A stretch of DNA of 64,000 nucleotides from Sphagnum compactum (Eukaryota): positions 2,976,001-3,040,000 of the forward strand of contig OZ234494.1 in NCBI GenBank assembly GCA_965153455.1. The letters are read 5' to 3'. How positions within the stretch are numbered: position 1 is the stretch's first letter; each line of letters opens with the position of its first letter. Under the pieces are notes generated by a model. That model did not search any database. It was given only the letters and a program-made list of their open reading frames with translations, and was not told the DNA's origin. The position numbers and the translations under genes are program-made. Of this stretch, positions 12,201-20,269 are shown in pieces.

Positions 12201-13040
12201 CTTTTCAAAAACATCAACAAAGTCCTTGTACTTCTTGGGAAGTTTGACAGGTGTTGGTTCCGATTGGGGGTTTGTGGTGTTGGCTGGGTTGACATGGATG
12301 GCGAAGACTTGAAGATTCTTAGCAGCCCGATAGAAAGGGACAGCTCTATCAACGAAGATCTGGACAGGGTTGGTTTTCTGGGCAGAATTCTTGACAAGAT
12401 TCTTGACAGGACAAGGTTTCGTTCTGACCAATCGGGGGTTCTTGACTGCAGGATTTGACATAACAGACTTGATAAAACTGGAATTGGTTCCGACCCTCTT
12501 TGGGTTCTCGACCACAGGGTTCTTGGCAGGACTGGACAAAGTGTTTTTCTGAGCGTGGGGTTCTTGAGAGGTGCATCGTTGTGCGCTGAAGGTGAGGGTT
12601 CTAGATCGCCAATCAATGATAGGGTTGTGTGCTTCTAGCCAAGGCAGACCAAGGATGATGGGATGGTGAGGGGTGGAAATGATGTTGAGAACAATCTTCT
12701 CTGTGTGCTTGCCGATACAGAGTTCTAGAGGGGTTGTCTTGTGTGTGATTGCACCAGAAGCAATGGTTCTCCCATCAATAACCTCTACCGGAACAGGGGT
12801 TGACTTCTTGACCACAGGGATGTTGTGTTGGATGACAAATGTTTGGTCGATGAAAGAAGAGGTGGCGCCGGAGTCCACCAAAGCTGACACTTGTGGTATG
12901 TCTTCTGGAATACGAATGATGTCCACATACTGAGTGAAACTGGGACTGGGACCAACAGCGGAACAGGAGCCTTTGCAAAGGTGGTGTTGGGTGAGATCCA
13001 GTCGCACGGCTTCTACTATGACTGGATGTTCTTGTTTTCC
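9282..13040 (-). CDS. pol: Pol polyprotein (aspartic protease, reverse transcriptase, RNase H, integrase, chromodomain), probably expressed by a -1 frameshift from gag
   Basis: Uninterrupted ORF 9282-13136 with [40 protein letters not shown], HHCC motif (CHD..AGH..CDTC), [18 protein letters not shown], GPF, and the chromodomain [34 protein letters not shown]. Confidence 0.95.
   Translation of the reverse strand, partial: [1252 protein letters not shown]
12963..13040 (-). promoter_or_regulatory. Putative -1 programmed ribosomal frameshift signal (G GAA AAC + 6-nt spacer + stem/pseudoknot)
   Basis: pol is in the -1 frame of gag. Heptamer at 13034-13040, 8-bp stem ATCCAGTC/GACTGGAT (13020-13027 with 12996-13003), and a possible second stem between the loop and GGCTCCTGT (12963-12971). 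Confidence 0.65.
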
Positions 13041-13987
13041 AACTCCTGGGGAGTTTCCACAGCTTGTACCTGAAGTTTGACAAGCTTTTGAGGGCATTGA
13101 CGAGCTATATGCCCTGGGTTGCCACAATAAAGACATAGATTGTTTGTCCTTCGGCGAAGTTTCTCGGCTTCTGTCAAAGATTTAAACTTAGCTGTGTCGA
13201 TCTGCATCGGAGCAGGTCCAAAAGAGGCAGGTCGGGCAACTGGTGTTGTTTGGGGAACTAAGGGGAGCGTAATAGGCCGACTGTTCCAAAGCTGGGCGTT
13301 GGAGGTGACTTTCTTTTCCTGGCAACGTTCGAACAGACGATTATCGCATCGAATTGCCTGGGTGATGGCTTCACTGAAGGAAGAAGGGTCTGCGAGTGTC
13401 AACAAAAGATCTTGAACATCATCACGAAGCCCACAGCGAAACTGATCAATCAAGGCAGCTTCTCCCCAATTGACGTCACAGGCAAGCTGCCTGAATTCTG
13501 AAGCGTAGACGATGGCCGAACGTGTCCCTTGCTGGAGGCAACGCAGCTTGTTGGCTGAAGTCCTGACCTTATCACTGTCCCCAAATACTGCTTCAAATTC
13601 CGCCATAAAGGCGTTGAAATCTTGTAGAAGAGGGGATGATGTTTCCAGGATGGGAGCAAACCATGCTGCAGCTGTCCCAGTGAGTAGGGTTCCAACGAAT
13701 CCTACACGAGTGGTGTCATCAAAATAACGACGGGGGTGTAGTTGCATGATCAGGCGTACCTGGCTGACAAAGCCTCGAAATTTGAGGCGCGTTCCATCAA
13801 ACTTTTCTGGCAGACTGATCTTGGGTTCTTGGGCGGCCATTGCAAGAGCAGGAAGTACTGGGGCAGGAGGTGGTGGCTGATTCTGTAGGCGGGTCACCGA
13901 GTCTCTAAGCACGGCATTTTCTTGTTGAAGGTGTTGAAGGGCGGCAAAGATTTGAGTGAGATCGATGTTGGATTCTGAGTTGTCCAT
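13016..13987 (-). CDS. gag: Gag (retrotransposon capsid with CCHC zinc knuckle)
   Basis: ORF from ATG at 13987 (MDNSESN...). Contains PKISLPEKFDG, LQQGTRSAIVYASEFRQLA and CLYCGNPGHIARQC. Confidence 0.93.
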   Translation of the reverse strand: MDNSESNIDLTQIFAALQHLQQENAVLRDSVTRLQNQPPPPAPVLPALAMAAQEPKISLPEKFDGTRLKFRGFVSQVRLIMQLHPRRYFDDTTRVGFVGTLLTGTAAAWFAPILETSSPLLQDFNAFMAEFEAVFGDSDKVRTSANKLRCLQQGTRSAIVYASEFRQLACDVNWGEAALIDQFRCGLRDDVQDLLLTLADPSSFSEAITQAIRCDNRLFERCQEKKVTSNAQLWNSRPITLPLVPQTTPVARPASFGPAPMQIDTAKFKSLTEAEKLRRRTNNLCLYCGNPGHIARQCPQKLVKLQVQAVETPQELENKNIQS

Positions 13988-14025
13988 GGTGGTAGTTCTC
14001 ACACTTTTGCGCTTTCAATCTTCAA

Positions 14026-14523
14026 ACTTGAAACTTCAGATGCTTGGATCTCTCTCAATACAAGTCCAAATGACATGAAATTTCTCTCACACATATATTC
14101 CTATATGATCTATAAGATCACAAAGTTACAGACCCAAAAAAGCTTACACAAAGGAGATATGACCAAAAAACCAGATCTGCACTTGAAACTTCAGATGCTT
14201 GAATCTCTCTCAATACAAGTCCAAATGACATGAAATTTCTCTCACACATATATTCCTATATGATCTATAAGATCACAGAGTTACAGACCCAAAAAAGCTT
14301 ACACAAAGGAGATATGACCAAAAAACCAGATCTGCACTTGAAACTTCAGATGCTTGAATCTCTCTCAATACAAGTCCAAATGACATGAAATTTCTCTCAC
14401 ACATATATTCCTATATGATCTATAAGATCACAAAGTTATAGACCCAGAAAAGCTTACACAAAGGAGATATGACCAAAAAACCAGATCTGCACTTGAAACT
14501 TCAGATGCTTGGATCTCTCTCAA
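14026..14523. repeat. 155-bp tandem repeat, ~3.2 copies, in the retrotransposon 5' UTR
   Basis: Unit beginning ACTTGAAACTTCAGATGCTT starts at 14026, 14181, 14336 and 14491. Copies are near-identical. Confidence 0.95.
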
Positions 14524-14649
14524 AACATATCCTTTTCTTTTGAAACTTTGAGAGTAGAAGCGTCCTATAGTCTTCTATAACCTTTCCAAGTTTCACTCCA
14601 ATATACCTCTAGCTACTTACTGAAACAACAAAACAAACAAACAAGAAGG

Positions 14650-14659
14650 AGCAGATCAA
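14650..14659 (-). promoter_or_regulatory. Primer-binding site, self-priming type (TTGATCTGCT)
   Basis: Starts 2 nt inside the 5' LTR boundary, lacks the TGG of a tRNA PBS, and is perfectly complementary to AGCAGATCAA in the LTR (14733-14742). Confidence 0.75.
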
Positions 14660-14661
14660 AC

Positions 14662-14891
14662 TGTTATGGACCGACTACAAACAAGTGGAGAATTACAAGA
14701 CAAGACAAGCTTTATTGATCCATCAACTGGTGTTGATCTGCTAAAGGGTTGTTCCCCAGACTATCTCCTTTTATAACCCTGAGCCATACTAGTCCCAAAA
14801 TATCCTAGGCCATGATATTGCCAAAAGTATCCCAAAATATCCTAGGACATGACATTGCCAAAAGTATCCCAAAATATCCTAGGCCATGACA
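14662..14891 (-). repeat. 5' LTR (230 bp) with TATA box (14769-14775) and 2 full and 1 partial 37-bp units
   Basis: Direct repeat of 8978-9281. Minus-strand TATAAAA at 14775-14769 and AATAAA at 14716-14711. Confidence 0.95.
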
Positions 14892-14896
14892 CACAT

Positions 14897-16800
14897 GTAC
14901 GAAGTTGGATAAAAAAACCTATCACACGAAATTCAATCTATAAATGTTCATATGCAAATGATACAATTAAAGGGGAACCTACGATGTGAATGTCATTGAC
15001 AATGGATGGAAATAGACAAGAAATGAAATGACTAACTATAGAATGTAAAAATTTAAAGTGGGTTAAAGTGAATAGTGCCCCCCCAAAGGATCACCTTGAC
15101 AAGTTCCCATGGTAGATGGGATGATTATGACATTGCCTTCATGATTATGGTGGTTGTAAAATAGAAAGACTCAAATGCATAAAATGCACAAACAAAGGGG
15201 ATGAATTGTATGATGTTTCCACCTATTACACGAAATTTGTGGAACATGACCCTTTTTTACACTAAATTGAAAGCATTTGCCATATCTAGTTGGAGAATAA
15301 CCTAATCAAAGTGAAGGTCTAGGGTGCACCTAATGTTGTGGATTAATGTTTCGTATCCACCCTTAGTTGCAACACTAAATTGGTGTGGGGAGAAATGTGT
15401 TGCAAAGGCATTGCGAAATTGAAGACATAGAACACGATTTGTGAGTAAATATAATGTTTCCCCCACTATAATGGGATAAACTCCACTTGAAAGCTTGGTC
15501 ATGGTTAAGAGGCAAGCCGTTCTAAGGACTCGTGCAATTTGAGGTGGAACGTGACCTTGTGCAATATGAGAACAAAACTGAAACAATTGAGAGAATCCAC
15601 CATTGAATCTTCTAGGTGAAAATAGTTTTGAAGGTGTTCAAAAACCATCCCAGAAGGACCATTTGTAAACAAATGCAACATGCATTAGAAAGTTAGCTTG
15701 AAGGAATTAGAAGAAAGCTCAAGATTTTGGTCTAGTTCATAGTCTTTTAGGAAAAGTGCGAAGTATCCATTTGATTCAAGGTGTAATGCGGTGAAAGTTG
15801 AAGCGATGTTAAAAGATGTGGGTGCAAAGGATAATGGTGCCAAAACATGAATTGTTTGAAAGTATTCCCTTGCACGTTCAAAAACTAAATTATGGGAAAG
15901 GAATTTTCAAACTATATGATCATGTTGAGGAATATGCATTGAGTTCAGACTTACTATCAAAGCTTGGGCTCGTAAAAAGAACTATTCTTGCAAGTTTTTT
16001 AGTCGCATGTTAGAAAGCACTTGAGTTGAATTCGTGTTTCCCTATGTCCTGTTACCCCACCATGAGGGGCAAAATGAAACGCCATTGGGGTAACAAGAGG
16101 AGCTGATGTTAAACAATCACATCATAAAAATCTTGTGCCAGTTTACCCATTAAAAAATGTAATGCCACTTCTACATCAAGTCGTAAAATGGTAGGGATGT
16201 GGTTGTATAATCAAATATGATAAAAGCCTAAATGAAAGGACCCGAAAACATCCAATGATGAAACCCAAGTCCAAGCTAATGCAGATGGGGTGGGAACAAA
16301 GGAAGGTATGGAGTTAGGATGGTCATTAGGGTTTGGATTAAGTGAATTAGTTGTTTGATAATAATGTTAATGATGAGTTAACCCTCGATTAATAAATTGG
16401 CGCCCACAAATGAGGCAAGAAACTTTAAGTGGAGGTTGCGAACGTGTTCAAGAGATGGGGGTAGTTGGGGGGTCTGATCATGGGCAATAGTAAGGGCTAA
16501 TAGAGTGAAAAGGGGAAAAAGGATTGCTTGTGCATGATCAAGGACTTTAGGAAAGTGTAGGGTTGGGGCCCCACAATCACAATAAGGGTTGGGGGTTGGT
16601 AAGGGGAATTGTTAAATGGTGAATGGTTTGTTAAAATGGGAGGGGAAACTAATGGGTGGTTTGTAGTTTGCATAGGAGATGGGGTGGAAGATAGGTCTAC
16701 GGTGGCACATGGTAAAGCAAATGGGTAATGGGAGCTACAAGCTTCAATTAAACATGATGAACTAGGGGACATGGGACATTTAATGCCCATGAGGAAGGAG
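14897..16800 (-). mobile_element. Degenerate CRE-like LINE, copy 2, 5' part (N-terminal zinc finger and RT domains 0-5)
   Basis: ORF 15302-15586 KLSSGVYPIIVGETL...FSPHQFSVATKGGYETLIHNIR, then LQLDMANAFN, QGDPLGG (~15078-15098) and FPSIVNDIHIVG. CLICGRQF...LTHH lies at ~16370-16417. The frame continues across the Gypsy TSD into 8972. The 5' boundary is approximate. Confidence 0.75.
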
Positions 16801-19377
16801 GCCTACTAAGAGCACATGCCCCACTTTCTAAATACTGCTTACTATTACAAGTCAATCCTAAATCTATAAGGCCAACCACACACGACTAAACAAAGCAAAA
16901 GGAAAAATATTGGAAACCTCTTAGGGAATCATAAATCTTCAAAGCCAACCACAAAATTTTCTTAAAAGGCAATTGTAGTGGATTGGATACCTGGTTCACA
17001 AGGAACCCAATCCACTTTATAAACTATGTACAACAAAGTCTCAAATGGTACTTAACTTTGCAGTGAAAAGTTTGATGTGACTTCACATGTTTATAAGACG
17101 CACTATGACGATCTTGGTTGGCTAATTGGCTAAGTGACTTGATGAGGTATGTATTTTATGTTGCATTGGCCTTTATTCGCCATGTGAAGACCTTCTAATA
17201 TGAAGAGTTGCTACCCTCAATTGTTTTTCCTTATGGTAAGGGTCCCACAATCCACTTATGTCATATTTCAGATATAAGGGAAAAAAAACCGCTTTAAAAA
17301 AACCCCTTACTTTAGCCCTTAGAGGATTGGTTACCTTAGATAGAGTGACCTTTAAGGGAAAACATAATCCACTTCTAGGGCCTTTCTACAAAAAAAATTA
17401 TTATTATTGTTTTTTTCCTTATCTTTGATCTATAAACCCTAAAACATCATTGCTTTCTTCACGATTTTGCTTGCCTGCGCACAATTCCACTAAGCTCACA
17501 CATTGTTTTCTCATGGCTATCAAAGTGAAGAACTTAGCAAAATGTGAAGAACTCATACTGAAGTTTGAAACCAAAACGAAGGTCTAACAAACAAAAAATT
17601 CATTGGCTTCTTCTTTGACAACAAAAGCAAATTTTATTTTGTACTAGAAAAGAAACCAACAAACTAAGAACCCTACTATTGTCATTTCTTCTTCTTACTG
17701 CTCCTAAAGTTTCATCGTTCTTTGCAGAAAACAAGCACCCCTTGGGGACCTCAAAATCAAAATCGCCTTGTTCAGTGCTGCTGCTTCAACATCTTACTAC
17801 TGCCTTTTATGCTTACAGATCTTGCTACCCTTTACTGGGATCTCTTTTTCTCTCTTGTTTTGCCTTAATGGCTTCAAAACAAATTACAAAAGGTGGGCAC
17901 TTGATTGAGGAAGCGAAAGATGTGAAACAAAACAAAATAAACATAATTAAAGTGGGCACCAAAGGAAAGAAGCAAAGCAAACTCCATGTGCAAAAAATCC
18001 GTGCTTTTGTTGTAGAGTACCCAATGTATCATAAACATTTGTAAATAGTCAATCAATATGGCTCTTTAACAATAAAAAAATTAGAAAAGAATTTACACAC
18101 GTTGTTCAACTAATTAATTCCATAATTTATGGTTAGTTTACAAAGAATTTTATTTTTATTTTAATGTTTTCAAATTTTTATTTTTCATGATTTACTAAAA
18201 CTCCATGGCCAGGGAAAAAAACTCTAGACTAAAGGTTATACAGTGCCAATTCAAAAAATATACAATTAAATAGTAGTTTACTGAAGTTTTAAAGAAGAAC
18301 TAATTGTATAAGTTGAAGACATTATCATTTCTTATGTACAAATAAATGAGAAATGTGAATTAATCTTTAATCATTTATTAATGGTAAAGGAGATAGAAGT
18401 TTCGAAAAGGTACTTGAGAAAAAATTGTAAAGATAAAAAGAATGGTAAGGATAAAGTTAATATGATTTTCTAATCCATGTAAAGTCAATAAGAGAAGGGA
18501 GTGAAGAAGTTAAGCTTCCAAGATTCATTTCGAAGGCACACAAGATAATGTCATGTATGGTTTGAAGTCATATAACTTTGCATAAATCCAAAGAACAATT
18601 GTCTACTAGGATGTTGTCATATGAATAATGAAATTAATCAAATTGTAGCCTACACTAATTATGAAGGTTTATCTCAATTTCATATTTTCATAAAAAATTC
18701 ATTTCAAAATTTAATGAATTCTTTAGCAACGAAACTAACCCTAGGGTGTGGTAAAAATGAAAAAAAAAAAAAGTGGGTGCACGGTGAGAGTAAGCCCCAT
18801 TCTGTTAGCCCACCCAATGAAGAGTGGGGCTGGAATGCATAACTGTGCTGTGGCGAGCTGCCCCTCCCTTTGAAAATTAGGGCTCGGCTTACGCTTCTTG
18901 GCCACGAAATTTTCACAGGAAAAGGGGGTCTGCCCTTTCAGGCCGGTACTTTCTACCTTGAAAATCGCCCGGGGACTTTCACACGGCATTCCAGGACGGG
19001 ATTAACTCGCCTGCTTTGCCGAAGCATCCCTTCACCGTGCATCGACTTTTTTAACCACTACCATATATATACACTAATATATCTCTTTGGGCAAATCGTA
19101 TGGTTTAAACATCTGGTGCACAGAATGCCAGTGACTAGCCCATCGTGACAACCAGTTTGTATAAGATGAATCGTATTTTTCAGGTTGAAATTTGGTGAAA
19201 ATTTGGTGATAAAAAATTTACTGGCAATGCTCCCTTGCCCATTTGATGATGCTAGAACAGAATTCTTCAATGGATGCAACAGGTTTGCAACTGGTGCAAT
19301 TGCTGCTGGCTTGCTTGCTTGCTTGCAGAGAGCATTGAGGAGGTGGCTTTCTTTTTAACATGAGCCATTTGGTGATG

Positions 19378-19379
<2 letters not shown>

Positions 19380-19417
<38 letters not shown>
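19380..19417. repeat. (TC)n microsatellite
   Basis: Pure TC dinucleotide run. Confidence 0.9.
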
Positions 19418-19421
<4 letters not shown>

Positions 19422-19714
19422 TCTTGGTCTCTTTCTTCCATTTTGATTTGGTACAAATGCCATGCACACAAGCTGACTACAGTTGCAATTCAGTCAAAAT
19501 TGGGTCTGTATCATCACAATACCATGCATCTTTTCTTTTCTTTTTTGGATCTACATGGGTCAGCAAGTCACTTTAACATGTTGCTTGAGATTTAGCAAGA
19601 AAGAATGAGAGTTCAGATGAGATGAATCACTGCTCCTGGAACCCATCTAGAGAAGCTATGACATTAATCGGGTAAAGCTTTGAGTTGAACTTCAGGGACA
19701 AGTCATCATTGCAG

Positions 19715-20269
19715 GCTGAAAATGTTGCTGTTGAGGGAGGAAAGGAAGATTCGCTGTACAAGCATGACATCCACATCAAACCTGCTGATTGTCACAACCT
19801 TCTTCGCCCAGAAACAGTCGAGTCCTTTTTTCATTCTATACAGAATCACTGAGGATCCCAGGTTTGTGAAGCATCACAGCTCACTACAGTAATGGGTGTA
19901 ACAAGTACAAACTGACAATGGGATGTGAGACAAATGGTGTGCATGGACTTTGTGAGACTCACATTGCTGTATCCTTTTTGCAGGTACCGGGACTGGGGCT
20001 GGAATGTTTTTCAGGCATTTCAAAGGCATACAAAGGTGAATTCAGGAGGCTACACATCCCTTGATGACGTGACTGTCATCCCTGCCCCAAAAAAAGACAA
20101 GATGGAAACATTCTTTCTTGGTGAGACACTAAAGTACCTGTATTTGTTGTTTGGGGACATGACTGTTTTACCTTTAACACAATTTGTCTTCAACACAGAA
20201 GCCCACCCTCTACCTGTAGTTGGAGGTCAACAGTATGGCACATTCATCACTAGGAACCAGGATCATTGA
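19715..20269 (+). pseudogene. Class I alpha-1,2-mannosidase (GH47, MNS3-like), last two exons only (19715-19861, 19984-20269), frameshifted
   Basis: DIHIKPADCHNLLRPETVES then ILYRITEDPR after a +1 T in the T6 run at 19826-19831. GT-AG intron 19862-19983. Then YRDWGWNVFQAF...DKMETFFLGETLKYLYLLF...VFNTEAHPLP. No upstream GH47 exons were recognised. Confidence 0.8.

Larger units (their letters stand above)
8978..14891 (-). mobile_element. Full-length Ty3/Gypsy LTR retrotransposon, chromovirus (Tcn1/Tf1-sushi-like)
   Basis: Two LTRs with TG...CA ends, a 5-bp TSD CACAT at 8973-8977 and 14892-14896, intact gag and pol in PR-RT-RH-INT-chromodomain order, and a PPT next to the 3' LTR. Confidence 0.97.

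Noticed and set aside
13041-13136. ATG-initiated start of the 1284-aa pol ORF
   Set aside because: It overlaps the gag zinc knuckle in another frame. A -1 frameshift near 13034-13040 explains pol expression better.
17679-18044. 121-aa plus-strand ORF
   Set aside because: Non-ATG start and no recognisable motif. Probably repeat-derived.
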